A stretch of 64,000 nucleotides of DNA. Source: Raillietiella orientalis. Lineage: Eukaryota. Positions within the stretch are counted from its first letter, which is position 1. The number at the start of each line of letters is the position of its first letter. Location of the stretch: NCBI GenBank assembly GCA_036172245.1, contig JAYWIR010000007.1, positions 4,464,001 through 4,528,000 of the forward strand. The letters run 5' to 3'. Below, piece by piece: positions 49,901 to 64,000 of the stretch. Position numbers and translations under genes: made by a program. The notes under the pieces are model-generated. The model was not told the DNA's origin. It ran no database searches and saw nothing but the letters and a program-made list of their open reading frames with translations.

Positions 49901-52087
49901 ACGCGAGAAGTCGAGGAAGGGAGCAGCGCGAGTTTTTCCGGAACCACACATTTCTACGAGAAAAAGAAGAAAAGTGGAGCTGGAGTAATACTTGGAGATC
50001 CACGGACGCGGAGGATGCGAGACGCGGCGCTTTTCCACCGTCCTCCGTGGTCACTCTTCGAAGGAAATTTCGCTTTCCTGGTCCGTCAGCGCTTCTTCGC
50101 TCCCATTGCCAAAGTGTTTACATCTATTACTTACTGATAATTTGCGTCGAAAACTTTCGAGGGAAGAAAATGCGAATGCATCATTTCGCTGCTGCCATTC
50201 CTATCGCATGCCTTTTTCCAAGTCTGGGGCGTCCCCCCCCCCCCCCAAGACTGGGCAGAGTAATTATCTCCAATTTCCTTTCGAGGAAAGTAGGTTCAAA
50301 AACGAGCGTTTATTGCTCAGGATTGCATTTCTGATCAGCAAATCTCATAATTAGCGTGGCCCAAGTTCAAGGAAAAGATTACAATGTCCGACGAGATGAA
50401 GACGTCACTCGGGAACACACGCCTTCCACCTCGAGTCGCCTCGTCCCAGTGTCCTTTGGGATTTGAGACGCCCCCCAGGAGGAGAAAGGAATGTCCTGCG
50501 GTGCGCAGCCCAGCAGGGCACGTACTTGTCGGACGCGGTGGTCAGCGCAGCGACCTGAAACGCCGGATGCCTTTCCACATACGCCCCACGGCGATCCGTG
50601 GCCACTCTCTCCAAATGGTGAAGAGGTGGACACCCGAAAGACGGCTCCTCGGGGATGGAAGCTTGTCGACGGCGCTCGTGCAAATCACGCTGCGAGATGA
50701 TTCCCAACCAAGTGGGTAGAGGGACGAGGGGGGGGGGGAGCAAATTGGTTTTCGCTTTTAATAACTCGCTTCTCGGAACGTGAATTCCGAGACCTTCCAC
50801 ATCGGAATATCCCGATCACAAAGGAAGAATATCCTGCCTGTTTTCCAAATCCCGGTTTTTACGATCAGACGTGCTAATCCAGGATGCACGGACGGCTTAA
50901 GGGGATTAAGGTCGCTCAGATCGCGGATCGGCGCTCTCGTAATCCCACGCTGATCGCCTCATTGTGTCTCAGTGTTCCCACATCTCACAGGATCGAATGG
51001 ATCGAGTTCTTCATTCAACCCTTTATTCGCGCAGTACCGCACCTCTCGCGTGCATTACTGGAGCAAGTTGGGGGGGGGGTCCCCTTCCGCCTCGGTCCTT
51101 TCTTCCCCCCCCCCCCCTCCACCCCCGCATCGCACACCGCACCCTGAATGGGGAAACAAAGAACCCGGTCCAAGCAAGAGGCGACTGTGGAGTTGACAGC
51201 ACACTTTTCTGACGTGCACGGAAATTCGCTGCCAGCGCTGTTTTTTGCATCGCCGGACGGCACTGCCCCAAGTGACACTCGGGGACGAGGCGGGGTGTGT
51301 CGAACGGCAAGGTGAATCACTTTGATTGCCGTCCCCCCCCCTGCTATCCTGAAAGGAGAGGGGAGGGGGGGGGGCAGATGCAAATCGAAGAGCGCGATGC
51401 AGGGATGGAAGAAGATTGATGGCGGCGCTCGCGAACCACTCGTGCGGAAAAAGTTTTTCTTTTCGAGAAAATCGACCAGAAATACTCCTCGCAGATTCTT
51501 CTCGAACTGCTCGCTGATTAAGCCTTCATTAACAATGCTCCCGCGCATTGTTGGGGAAAGAATCCTAAGATTATTTTCGTACGCGGAGGATATTAATAGG
51601 ACAGTTGCACCGTTCGGGAGTTTTCGGTTTCTTTGACAACGGGACGCGCGTAGGTGCGCAGCAAATTAAGCACTTTATTTTTGGTTCCACGAAAGCGGAC
51701 CGAGAGGGAGGCTCTCTAATTAGCTCCGTGGAAGGAATGGACGACGAGAAGCACCCCCCCCCCTCCCCCCGAACCGGGCGAGAGCAGCAGCAGCAGCCGC
51801 AGTCAGCCGCCTACGGTCAAGTCGACCATCGGCGGCTCTCCGCGCGCGCCCCCCCCGATGGCGCGCGGACCATCGCCATCCATCACACGGAAACCTGGAA
51901 ACGGCTGGAAAGGAAAGAAAGAAAAAAAAAAAAAAATTCCTCCGTGGCTGCTGGAGCCGATGCCTGAAGAGCGAGCGCGGCTCCTCGCGCCGGACCCGCA
52001 AAAGGCCAGCGGAGTTACAGTAAGGAGGAACGTAAATTGCATGCATGAAATGCACCTGAAGTTCGTAAATTCAAACCCATAACATCA

Positions 52088-52116
52088 AACACACACACAC
52101 ACATACACACACACAT
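52088..52116. repeat. (CA)n microsatellite, interrupted
   Basis: Read directly from the sequence. Confidence 0.9.
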
Positions 52117-54429
52117 ATTTTTAATGTATTACTTTGTAGTCGTAAATGGGTGACTTCTCGCACTGAGTTCTCCATTATGTAATGCTTTGAAATACTCGTT
52201 CTGAACCCATCCTTATCTCTTCAGGTAAAGAAAGGCCATCCCTTTTTTTTTGTTTTTTTTTTCAGAAAGAAGAAGAAAATCCGAATGCCCAATTGGCAGC
52301 AGTCTGAAGCAATCACTCCACATCTCTTCAGGTCATAAAAAAAGAAGAGGTGGCCACAACCGGGTCACAAAAACTTGCGACACCCGACTGCCCGCTACTG
52401 GAATCGAGGAACCGCGTGGGTTCCCCCTATTTTGCTGATCTTCCTCTTCGGAGAAAGGGCGACGGAGTCGAGCATTCTATTTCACGTGATGGGTCCGCAA
52501 CCAAAACCGACGTGCCGACTTTTCAAAGATCATTCGTCGGCTGGTCACTGCTGCGTGTGCCCACGCACGGGTCGCACCGCCTTCAGGGTCTGTGAGCGCG
52601 GACGCCGCGTGGAAGACGCTCACAGCACGCAACAGCAGCAGCCACCGCGACCTCCCTCGTTCCCAAGCCGTGTGCCAGCTTTCCGGAAAACCTGGATTTT
52701 CCGGGCACATGAGGAGGATTCCAGAAGGCGACGGTTGGAGCTTTGCAAGCGTTCGACATTCCGTTCGGATTTTCCGCCACGCGTTCCACAAAGAGACGGT
52801 GCGGGAGGACCGCTCTCCAATTTTGGATATTTTCGTGCACGAGGATCACATTGGATGCAGCTGAACGAAATCCTCCGTGTGTCACGCAGATATGGGCGTG
52901 TGTCTGTGGAATGTCTCGTCCCCTGAGTGTGACCGTTGAAGATTTGGCATGCGTAGGTGAGCGCGTCCCGATCGTGAATCATGAGCTCAGGAGACTTCGA
53001 TAAGGGAAAAAAATACTCAAAAGTTGACGGAACAGATTGATTAGAAGGCATCGATTGAAGTGTAGAGTTCGATAAATTTGAATGCACCGATTGGAAAACG
53101 GGAGTTTTTCTTGATTTAGTCCATTCGCTCTATCCATTCTAACAGATGCATCTCTGGAACGTCTTCATCCGACTGTTGCTTGGTTCCTCTCGGAAGCAGC
53201 GACTACGTCTTCTCAATTTCGAGAGCCCCAGCAGCCAGAGAGACCTCTTCAGCAGAGTTGGCTGAACAGCTTCTGCCACCTGAATTCCTCTAGGTATAGC
53301 GGGGAGATTTCTTTCATACGCATCGCACGAAACGACTTGTCCTCTGAGGTGACACACGAGACTGAAAGTATCGGCGTTGCTCCCGAAACCGCAAGAGGGC
53401 CTGGAACGAAGCTGCCGAAAGGGAACTGGCGGGAGAACCACCCGTCTTCTTCACACCACCATCAGCAGATGGATCCTGTGCTGGCCGACCGCCCTCAGAG
53501 TCGGCCTCGGTTGAGATTCGGAGACCTCTTGTTGCTTTCTTGCGCTTTCCGATAGCACGGAGTTTGCAGCTTCAACAGCTTCTTTTTTTCCTTTTTTTTC
53601 CCCTCTTTTCCAAGGAAGGAAAAGGGGGAGGCCAGCAGTACTGCAACTACCGCATCGTTTGGTATTTTGTGGAGAGTTTGGGCAAATGGAAAAGAAGGAA
53701 TTTCCGAGCTGCACAAATATGTTTACATAGCTCTGTACCGAAGCATCTCTGCATGGTATGGTCCAGAGTGTTTACTTGGATCGGATTGGTTTCCGAGTTT
53801 TAGACATCGATTTCGTTATCCAGAGGTTCTCCGAGGCTGCTTTAAAATGTGTGCAGGTGTTGGGATAGGAGCGTATGGGAATGGAGCACGAGAATGGGGG
53901 GAGGACATCCAATAGCCATCTTTACATTACGAAACTCATCGGAATGGATTCAGCACCTCCGAAAGGGGGATGATTTTTGTGCCAGGGTTCCAGAATGAGA
54001 AAACGTTGCAACACAAGAAAAAGTGTCCTTCTGAATCTCATTTCAGAGACAAATCCTCTCTTCCTTGAGTTCTCGAAAGAACTAACCGAAGACTCCTAAA
54101 TTCTTTTCTTTTGGGGGAAGGAGCGGGGGGGTGGGGGTCAGGCATTTGGAACCAAAGGTCTCTTCTCCGGTCTGGAGACGATTCGAGAGCGGGTCGACCA
54201 CAAAGTTCGCGTCACGTTTTAACGTTCATTCTAAACCGAAGAAATCTCCCGCATCTTAAGCTGAGAAGTATAAGCAGCTGGACTCGATGACGCATCTGGA
54301 GCCAACTGCTCAGGAGTCAGCAGTCCCTCCAAACAAAACAAGAAAAATCGTGGTCTGAAGCTTTCCTTGAACAGGAATTCGGGAAACGAAGAACAAACGC
54401 CTTGTGTTTAGAAACCACGATCAGAAATG

Positions 54430-55350
54430 AATGCCCCCAGAAAGAAAGGAAAAAAAAAATCCCTGTATCACCAAAGAAATGCTCCTGAGAGAGAACCTTT
54501 CAGCTGCACGTGCCTTGACCTTGATGTCCTTGCGTCTTCCCTATGGAAAGCGAGGCACACCTTAGGAACAGGAAATCTTCCCAGAGTCGCATCATTGGTT
54601 CGCGTTCCTCGGGATGGCGACCGCGTGTGTGCCTGTTTATACAGTTCCTGGAGCAGCAGGCAGCATTTTCCCCTTCCGCGCCGCCAGTGCTGGATTCCTG
54701 GAACGAAGATTTAACGTTCTCTTCGGGGAGTTTCGCCTGGCTCACATTCATCCGTCAACGGAAGCTGCCGCATCGGACACATGTCCATGGCGCCCTTCCC
54801 CAGTTCCTGCCAGTTTCACCGCAGGATCCCTGGGTGCTCCCGTTGCTCCCGACCACACGAAGCACGCGCGAATCACAAGTTCCGCCCTCCGAAGAGGCGG
54901 GCGCCCCAGGGACCGGGCAGCTCCGTGTTCCCGGTGGTTCGGCCGATACATGGCGTGGAAGGGCAATGAAAGCGGGCATCCGAAAGGGAGGTCGAGAAGA
55001 GTGGACGGAAAATTCGGATCCACGGTTCCGGGGAGGCGTGACGCTAAGGAAGCGGCGCTCGGCTTTCACAAGGAGGAAGTCAAGCATCGAGGGAGCCAAG
55101 TGTGCCGGAACAAAAAGCCGAGTCTGTCCGGCTGCGCCGAAGATCTGGAAGTTCAACGCCGTTGAAATTAAAGGTGTTCCAGACCGAGCGCTCTGTCAAG
55201 GAACAGTTCCCTCGGAGAATGGCGCTCCCTGCTGTCCGCGTCGCCCTAAGACCACGGAACCGGAGACCAATCGCGAAGGAACTCGCCCTTTCCTGCTGAT
55301 CCGCTGGATTCTCCGAATAAACACAACCTGTCACGCCCCGGTGAGCCGAA
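54430..55350 (+). mobile_element. LINE 3' relic of a related L1/Tx1 family
   Basis: VHGALP and KIWKFN (IW..RN-like) in ORF 54543-55367; AATAAAC followed by CGCCCCGGTGAGCCG at the end. Confidence 0.45.
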
Positions 55351-55559
55351 GAGGAACGGAGCCGTGATTCCGCCGTCTTCCCGCTCTACAAAGCCAGGCG
55401 AGCGCGCTCCCTCCGTTCGTTCCGAGCACACGCGAAGAGACCGCTCGCGCGGTGCCTGGCGCGACTGCAGACGCATCCTCCCGATTCCGCCAGCGCAGCT
55501 CCGGCTGGCTGGCGGATCACCTGAGACGCGAAAGCCGAGACCGGCAATCGGAAAATGGA

Positions 55560-58500
55560 GAGAAGAAGGGCGGACTTGAGTGCCTTTCAGCCCTCCTCCT
55601 CCATTCTTCCCCTTTCAACCTTCCGTCCATCTCAGCACAAGAAGAGCTGCTTTGGGAAAGCCCGCGAGATTCAATTACCTTCCTTTCGCATTTCTCTGTT
55701 CCGAGCTCGCGCGCGCTCGCGCAGCACATGCGGGAGAGGAAATCTTTCGCTCCTCGCTTCCTCTGCTTTGTCGGACAGTTCTGTTCGCTCCACCCTGCTG
55801 TCGGGAGGGATGGGAAGGGGCTTCAGCTTTCGAAAGAGTACTTCCCTGAAAGCACCGGCCCTCTCGTAGGGAAGTGGGCCTCTCACCGAAGAATGAAACG
55901 TGCCCAGGGGAGAAGGAATGCCCAATGTGATTCCTCGTCGAAAATTCCCTCTCCCACCAAACCGCTCCTTGCGCACTTTGCCCTCCACCCCCCTCCAAAG
56001 CACAGGAGCGCTGACTCTCCTCCTTGCAGACACACTATCCGGAACGCCCTAGGGACCGCGGGCAAGTTCCAGAATCCAAGCAGCAATCCAATAAACGAAT
56101 AAAGCCGAGATGGCACGTTGGGATGAACCCCAGCACCCGGGATGCGTTCCAAAGATGCGGGGATTCGAAGCTCAGCCCGCCGACGCGATCTGTTTTCCGG
56201 GATTACGTTCGCATCTTCGCGCTGGAGTTTACGCGCGGGACTGCGGGGAAGGGGGTTTCCTCCCGGGGCCTCGAATCCCTGCCGTGGCGCCGAGCCGGGA
56301 GGCGATCCTCCGCCTCCATCGACCGCTTGCGGGTGGGACCGTACACGAAGACCGGGAAGGAACTGGACGGGCCGGAGTCAGCGGACGCTTCTTGCCGGAG
56401 CCAGCGGTGGTTCGTGTGCCAGCAGCTGGCGGCCATCCTCTAGTAGGCGCTCGGAGCTCGCTGCTCTCTTCCTCGCGCGAGCGTGGAAATGCTGGAACCG
56501 GCGTAGCTGCAGGAGCAGAAAGCCAACTTTCGCTTCCTCGAACTTCCAGGAAGATGTTCCTCGTCCGGGAAGCTTCCCGGGAAGTAGCAACTCCTCGTGC
56601 GTGAGGCCTCCCGCCCTCTGAGGACGTTTCTTGAGCCTCAGAAGAATTCACTGACCAGGGATCAGCTCCCTGCTGATAGACGCCTCTGACAGTTGTTTCC
56701 TGTCCTCGTTCCCCGCTCTACTTCTCCCTAATTCCTGACTTCTTTCTTCCTGATCCTTGGATGCCGCGGTTGACGGGGACCCCAAAGCTGTTCCGCGGGA
56801 ACCAAATCCATCCTGCAACTCTTGAAACAGGGAGCTGCCTTGTTTTATCGCCCCTGAGTCCTGCTGTGCCCCAAAAAGCGTCTTGCCCCCTCCCTCTTGG
56901 GAATGTTCCACAAGTCCCTCTTTAGCATCTCTGATCCTCATCGGGGGTGGGAGTGGGAGAAACAGCGGAAAGAATAGGGTGAGGCTATCTAGGAGGAGGA
57001 CGAGGAGGGTTGCGAGGATGCCTCCGCGCATTTTCCCCCCCTCGTCCTTCAAGGAACGCTGCGCGCGCAACATGTCCATTTCTTGCCGAAGCTGGTCCAT
57101 GCGCGCGTCCTCCGAGTTCCCGGAAATCCATCGAGTCCCATGCCCCGGTTGGCCCTCAGGGAACCCGGCCCGGATCCCTTCCAGGAATTGAAGACAACCT
57201 TCGGGCTTTGGTACGGGGTGTTCGCGGCAAGGAGGAGGATGGCATCTGTCATCGGAGTGCGCCTACGCTGGCATGGCAACCGCTCGAAGCATGTAGTCTC
57301 GTCTCCTCTCCATAGAGCCGTTCATCCCAAATCCGGATGGCATATTGATCGCTGACGGAGGATGGTCCGATGACCCCTGTTTTCGAGATCTTCTGGGGCG
57401 TGCCCTCCATTAACGTGGAGTCCAGCCAGAGCTCGGAGGACATCTTTTTCCGTCAGCAAGAAGGATGCCCCGGGAGAGCCGAATCGCTTCCACGGGACCC
57501 CATCGTCCTTCCTTTCCCACCCCTGGGATGTAAGATACCCAATCCTTGAATTGAAGGGGCCTCAGGATAGCTCCGGGTGAACCCAGAGGAGAGGCAGGGA
57601 GCACCTTCCCTCTCCCCCCTCCAGCTTCCTCCGCTGATACGGAGTCCCTCAAGGTCCCCGTTGAGTGAGACGGGAGACTCCGTTTCGGTGGTTTCGGGAG
57701 AACGAGTCGCTCTCACCCGAGGGATTCCCTTCCCAACGCAGGAGGTCGAGGGCAGACCCGAAGGAGACTGACTCCTCCCTTCAGGTATGCACTGGTCTCC
57801 TTCCGGAAGACGCGGATTTCCGGATGCTACTCCACCCACACCCATGGCAGTGAAGACCCGGAGGTGCGAAAAGTCTTTTTCCCTCTGGCGTGCGCCCTTC
57901 TCGTCCTCGCCGAACCCTGGGCTGGAAATGACTCTGCAATCAGCCTTCCCTTAGAAGGTGGAGAACACGGTATGGTGTTCCCGTGAAAGATGAGGTCACG
58001 GAATTCGGAAGAAAAGAAGGTGACGAAGGGGAGGGGGGGGAGAAGGGAAGAGACTCCTTGACGCCTTCCTGGGGATCCGCGAGTGCGGAAGCGAGGAGAG
58101 AAAAGCAATGCCCGGTCAGCGCCGTGGGCGTTCTCGAGGTTCTACCGAAGGGGCCTTGGCAGGAAATGGCAAGTTGAGGGAAATCGAGACGGTTACCCCT
58201 ACCTCCTGCTCCAGGGAGGGAAGAAGGGAGGGGGAGAGAAAAAGGCATAGGAAGCCCCCGACCTCTTTCAGGGAGAGGGAGAGGGAGAGGGGAGGCAGGA
58301 GCAGAAGGAAGGAAAGATGCATAGTGAGCGGCCTCTGGCCCGCCACAGAGAAACGTTCTTCACTTCCTTGAGGGCTCTCCCCGCTGGTTTGAGAGGACCC
58401 TGGAGGGCGGAGAAGATGGGACCGAGATGCTGCTGCCGGCTCTGCCTTCTGGCTCCCCTGGTTTTCTGCAGACGCAGGATGCTGCTCCCCGGAAGGCCGA

Positions 58501-58700
58501 AAAGAAGGGCAGAAAGCCTTCCTGGTGGGTTTGCGTAAGAAGGGGAAAGGTTTCTTTCCCTCACCGTTGGTCGTCGGCCTTTCCTCTTGCCCACGCGAGT
58601 GTCTCCAGGAGCCGGCAGGGAGGAACGAGAAAGCACGCAGGGCGGCTGACTCTCTTAAGATGACGGGAGGGGAGGGAGGCATTCGCCTGGCAAAAGTGGC
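55560..58700 (-). mobile_element. LINE 5' relic: ORF1 plus APE endonuclease
   Basis: Pro/Ser-rich ORF from 58682, Cys/His knuckle remnant near 57250, coiled coil MDQLRQEMDMLR; then LGFWNL..IVCLQ (WN..LQET), RRGITL and EGRCF. Confidence 0.5.
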
Positions 58701-58999
58701 TCAGATGGTACTACCTCGCCGAAGCTCCCGCTTGCCCTCAATGGCAGCTCGCTTCCAAAGAACCTGACCTCACCCGCCAGCCCTTCCACTTTCCGTCGCC
58801 ACGAGCGAGAACGAAAGGACGGATTTCCGCCGTCGGCAGCAGCATGACTGTTCCGGGGGTGGGCCCTTCCGGAAGGCGCCGGTCGACTCGTAGGAGCGTG
58901 CTTGGGTTTTGCTATGTGGAGGAAGGGGGGGGGGGAGAAGAGTCCCCTGCACAGAGCGAAGGAAGTACTACTATTTTCTAGTGACCTCCCCGCTTCTCC

Positions 59000-59850
59000 C
59001 GACGCAAGCGGGTTGGTTTCCCAGGGGTACGGAAAGCTCTGGCACAGGACGTTCAGGGAGTTCGAAAGCCACGCGGTGAGACAACCGGTGAGAAAGAAGA
59101 AAGAAAAGAGGTGACTCGCGCACTTTGCTTTCCGAGCAGCTTCTTCGCCGGTAACCGCAGAGGAGGGGGTCCTTCCGCCGGAATCGTGCGAGACCGCTCT
59201 CGATTTTTGGCGTGTGCGCCCCGTCAGGAAGCGGAACGTGCCCAGGATATCCGGAGGAACGTGGATCGCGCAGTTCCGCCGCGGGAATCCGGGCTGCTGC
59301 TCCCTTCACGCGTCGGCTCGGTACTTTTCCTGCGGCAGCTTCCTTTGCCCTCCGGAGGGCGCGGCGGGCAGTCGCGCAGGATGCGCTTCGCCGCCGACGA
59401 TCCTTTTCGCGGCGCGCTTTCGTAACCTCAGGCAAGAACGGGACGCTGCTTTTATCTGCCGAGATAACGGGGATCGCAGCAGCGGCAGAGTCGTGGGGAC
59501 CCACTGGGGAAGATGCGAAAGCGGCTCTGGATCCGCAGCGTTTCGCTCCATCTCCGTCGGATGGCCTTTCCTTTCCTTTTTCTTCCTCCTGGGCTCCAAG
59601 GGAAAGGAAGAAAGAGGAAGCAAAGGGATGAGGAAGGAGGGGGGATTCCCTCTCGAACCTCGAGGGCGGCCTCCTTCCCCGCAGTCGGAAGGAAGGAAAT
59701 TCGAGCGGGTTCTCGCGTTCGCTTCGGTCGGGAAAAAAGACTGGAGGCGGGAGCGTTCCCAAAAAGGTCGGCGGCGGGAAACGTTCGGGACCCCCATCCG
59801 CTCGCGAGTTGAAAACCGGAATGGGAGCAGCTGATGGCACGTGTCTCGTT
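59000..59850 (-). mobile_element. L1 RT N-terminal relic
   Basis: GGPERFP (GPDGFP-like), AAIPVISADK and QRPVL, in the expected order. Confidence 0.35.
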
Positions 59851-60911
59851 ACGCTCTAGGCGGATGCTATCTACGTCAGCTAGGCAACTCTTCTTTGCTG
59901 CCCTTTCCTACCGGCTTCATCCGTTCCTCGCGCTTTTCCCCTGCCAAATCGTGGGTTGTCTGATTTCGACTCTCGCTTTGAAAATTCGAACCACGTGCAG
60001 TCGTTTCTTTCTTGGAGAGGGCAGATGGCGCACCGCCGCAATGGTCAGCAGAACTTTGGATTGCCGGGAACGCTCGTAAGATGAACGATCCCCTCCCCCT
60101 TCCCAAAAAAGAGGAGTAGTTGGGGCCCTTTCCTCTCCCCCCAAAGGCGCATAGTGGGAAATCTCCATCCTTCCTCCGCACACATCACAGCGCCATTCCT
60201 AGTGGTGTGCACGTGGTCACCGCGCGCAATCTTGCGAGTTCCTTGTTCCGGCGCTTTTTCAGATGCAGCAGGAGGTGCTGCTGCGATTAAATAACTCGAA
60301 TGGAGTAATGTAATAATGCGTGGCCATTGGAAGGAGCAGCGCTCGGGAGAAAGAAAGGAACCACCGACCCCCTCTCGGCCCGAAACGGGTTTCGCCCCCG
60401 AACCGCGTCGTCGCTGGGAAACACTTCGGTTGCCACGACTGCGCACCCGTCGTCGCACCTTTCCTTTTTATTCCTTATCTCGTGAGCCCCGCGTGCGCTC
60501 GGGGGTGAGCTCAGGTCGGGAAGGAATTTCGCTGCGGGATTCGGATGGCACGTGGGATCTGATGATGACACGCTTCCCGGCCGGATCAGGAGGCGGGGGA
60601 AACGAAAGAGACTGCCTGGTTTCTTCTGGGGGCAACCGATCTTTAAGGGACCGCTTCCCGATAATCGCTATCTGTCCGATCGCTGATTTGAATTTCCAAT
60701 ACACACACCCACACACACAAAAATCACCGCATCAGCTACATCGCCAAAGAAACAGGGAAAGGGCTAAACGGAGGAGAATTACGCAAACGCGAAGAGATGG
60801 AGAGGACGATCGATGGTGTGTTTCATTCGCTTTCCCAACCACCAGGTGGCTCGGAACGGCCGGCGGCTCCACGGACAGGCAGGCAGCACCTCGGTGAGGC
60901 CACGCCCTGGT

Positions 60912-60941
60912 CTGCTGCTGCTGCTGCTGATGATGATGATG
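60912..60941. repeat. Compound (CTG)n(ATG)n microsatellite
   Basis: ctgctgctgctgctgctgatgatgatgatg read directly from the sequence. Confidence 0.9.
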
Positions 60942-60999
60942 TCTCCTATTCCACACGCAGCAGGCATCGCCCTCCCTTCCTTCCTTCCCCTCTTTCCGT

Positions 61000-63650
61000 T
61001 CCAAGGAAAGGCGAAATTCCAGCAAGGCTGAAGAAGCTGAAGAGTTCCTTCTTCCTCCTTTCCACCGTGCTCCCCAGCAACGGATCTGCTGATCTTGACG
61101 GTAAACAGGCCGGAAAAAAAATAGTTTAATTTGTCTGCTGCTCCGTGGGATGGCGGGGGGGGGGGGACGGAAACCGAAAATCTCCGATCCTTCCCGCCGC
61201 CGAACTGATTTTCGAGCGACTTTCCGCGTCGAGAGGTGCGCATCGCCACGGAGAAAGTAAACACCACGTGGCGGAAGGAGGAGACCCCGGTCCGGGATGA
61301 TGGTGCACTTTGCTTCCTAATCGAACCTTGTTTGTGGTATTCCCGCCAGTTTTCCTGCGGAGAAAGTAATGGGAGGAGTGCCGGATATTGACACCTGGAG
61401 TAAAGACGTCGACGTCGAAAGCCTTCCATTCCGCAGTGACAAGGAAATGACAATACGTTTTCCAAGTTCTTTGAAATGGCCATTCGCTCACTTCCGGAGC
61501 CGTTTCCGCTTTCCCATTCTGAAACGGCCAGTCCCGAGCACTGGCCCTATTCACAATGACCTGAACCTCGATTCCCGTCCCCATTCAGAGTCTTCGGCGC
61601 AACTCGTTATTTAACAGTAAGCAAAAGTAAATCTGGTGGTCTTCATTATGGATTCTGCTGCGATCCATCATCTGCAAGGACGTCACGTACACGCGGATGG
61701 GGGAGCAGTGGGGGGGAAGGGGAGTAGCTGTTGATGTTGGTGAGAAATGCCAAGCGACGACGAGTTGTGTGATCCCCGTTGTGGGATGGTGAACATCCCC
61801 GCCCAGCTCGAGGGTGACTTTCCTAGAGAAAAAGCCGGGCCTTCGGGAGAACTGGGAGCGTCGGACGAGGCATTTTCGACTGACAGGACCGCCGACGTGG
61901 TCAGCGCTTCCCGGCTCCGGAGGAGATGAACGCTCGGACGAGAGCAGGCGACTCGCATTTCCTCCTCGGAGGCTGGAAGAAGATGACGAGGAATTCGCCA
62001 GAAGGGAAGCGAATTTCAATGTGAAAGGAAGCGAGAGATAACGGCGGGATTGGGACGCTCGGGACCAAGGCGGGGAGTACACGCGCGGGGCGCCTCCCAT
62101 TTCAATGAGACGCTTTTAGAAACACTCAGGCCGTGCACACATCTGAGGTCACCTTCACCTGAGGTCGCCGCGACACTTCTGGGCGTCCACTCGCGTGCCC
62201 AAGATCGAACTGGATCTTTTGGCATTTCTCCTCGCCTCCTGGGGAACTGGACCAGGACGCCTTTGCTTTTGCTGAAGACTCTCCTTTGGAATTCACTTTC
62301 CCCCTTCGCAGCAGACGCGAGATGAAGCATCCGCTGAAAACAATCTCGCGGAGCTGCTGCTGGGATCCGCAGGCATCCTTCCTTGCCAGCGTTCATCATC
62401 CGTCAGCATCCCCTACGCTTTCACTCACGCGAGCGCCTTTATTTTATTTTTCATCTTTTTGAAAAGGAAGATGTGTAGACAAACAGATTCTCCTCCCTGC
62501 TGCTTGCTCTCTCATCCCCTCGTCTCTTCGGCAGGCGAAGTGGGGATCCTTCTCGGAACCCGCCTTTTCCCGGAATCCGCCATCCGGGACGTCCTGGTCG
62601 CGCGCCGAAAAACCTCTCCCGGCGCGTTGCGAAATCCCGAGCGGTCCAGCACCGCCATCCGACCCAAGAGAGGCAAATCCGTGCGGGCGGAATGAAACCG
62701 CCGATTGCATAAGAGGCGACTTCCAGGACGAATTTCCGACGAAAGCCTTCTCGTTTTCATTAAGGCAGGAATTTCCTCCGTGATAGTGCTGTCCTTCTCG
62801 CGTCTGCCCGGGACGGACAGAAAGTTATCGCTCGGATGAAGGGAACGGCCGGATGTGCAGATTCGGCCTCCGTGAAGAGGTTCGGACGCGCGCGTCCGCC
62901 TTCTTCTCCTTCTTCGACGGATTCTTGGAACGCGCAGCATCGGCCGCATCCTGGATCGCCTCCGGACCCCTCCCTCCCCCCTTGCTTCCTGGATGTACCC
63001 AAAAGAGACCCCCGAGAGCGAGAGAAGCACTTGGGGTGCTTTCGCCTGCAGCCGACAGTGTCGCGCGGGAAGTATTCTCCGGGTGTATTCTTCCTTTAGT
63101 CGCTCGTGAACGTCTGTCAGCAGGCAGGTTTCCAAGGAGCAAAGGAGGAGAGAGGGTGCAGGGGAGAGGGGGGGAGAGGGTGTGTGTGTGTGGGGGGGGG
63201 GGGAAGGTAATAAATAAAACGCATGCCCTATTTATTCCAAATGCTAATTGAGATCCCAATCTAAGGATCCATATTAATCCTGAGGCGGTCGTTTGCGTCA
63301 CCATCGTCACGGCAATCGGCAGGTCACGCCGAGAAGCTCTCTCTTTTTGTGCAGAAGTGGAATCAAACGAAAATCTCCTTCCCGAGTTCGGTCTTCTTAT
63401 CTCCGCGGCGGTGCTTCTCCTGGAATGTCTTCGATTGCGTCGCCGCCCGCGCACGCCGCGTCCGCCAAGCGAATTCTGAAGCGTCCATCCGCGAGTTTTC
63501 CTTTTTGCCCCCCCACCGTCATCCCACGAACGCATTCAGGACCGCTACGGCTGCTGTTCATCAGAGATTTTTCTTCCCGAGTCACCCAACTCGCGACAGA
63601 CGCGAGTTTTTCGCACATGCATCAAATTCTGGCGAGCGGATCGTAAACTT
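61000..63650 (-). mobile_element. L1-clade ORF2 relic (RT to post-thumb region)
   Basis: Ordered remnants: VRGMTVGGQKGKL (GI.IG...K..YADD region), DLPLLGRMAVL (LPLS..GR), KGESEFQRRVFSKSKGVLVQFP (K..RI....K..GGL.LP). Confidence 0.55.
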
Positions 63651-64000
63651 TCACCCAAATCCCTGCTTTTCGATTCGTTTCCCTTTATTTATTTATTTTT
63701 CCCGTGGACCTGACGTTGGGGATTCTTCTGCCGGCCGAGGCACCACCGTGCGCGTCCCATTAAAGGAGCGATGCTCAGCCGGGGAGTGCCGGAGGCGCTC
63801 CTCTAAATCAAATGGGGCACACCCTGGTCTTTCGGGTTGCGACGGTCGTCCCCCCGAAAGAGCGTTTTCCCGGGTGCGCGGGGACGCCTCGGCTGCCGTT
63901 CGAAGGTGTGGGGGGCGAGTTGTGGACTGCAGAGTGCCCGGGGGCCGTCCAGGCGGGGGGGGGAGAACGTGCGCGTTTCCGTGCTGGGAGAGAGAGAGAG

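Overview
Eukaryotic genomic DNA made up mostly of old, nested transposon relics. It is probably animal or vertebrate, inferred from the CpG-depleted first 1.9 kb, vertebrate-type promoter motifs and fish/amphibian-style L1 motifs; the species cannot be determined. I found no intact, recognisable host gene, rRNA, true tRNA or CRISPR array. Most of the long ORFs in the track are GC-rich artefacts or frameshifted retroelement fragments. Recognisable content: (i) about 12 copies of one L1/Tx1-like LINE family ('LINE-A') sharing a CCHC zinc finger and a 3' end of AATAAA plus a terminal hairpin; (ii) five copies of a long (~0.85-0.9 kb) tRNA-headed, poly(A)-tailed SINE-like element ('SINE-X') with internal degenerate repeats; (iii) relics of Gypsy pol, RTE/RTEX-like RT, other L1 RT/EN regions and a PIF/Harbinger transposase; (iv) a CpG-island-promoter-like motif cluster at 17.3-18.6 kb, inside a very GC/CpG-rich domain where LINE copies appear shifted from AT to GC. 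All protein-motif calls come from reading degenerate frames by eye. No database search was run, and boundaries are approximate.
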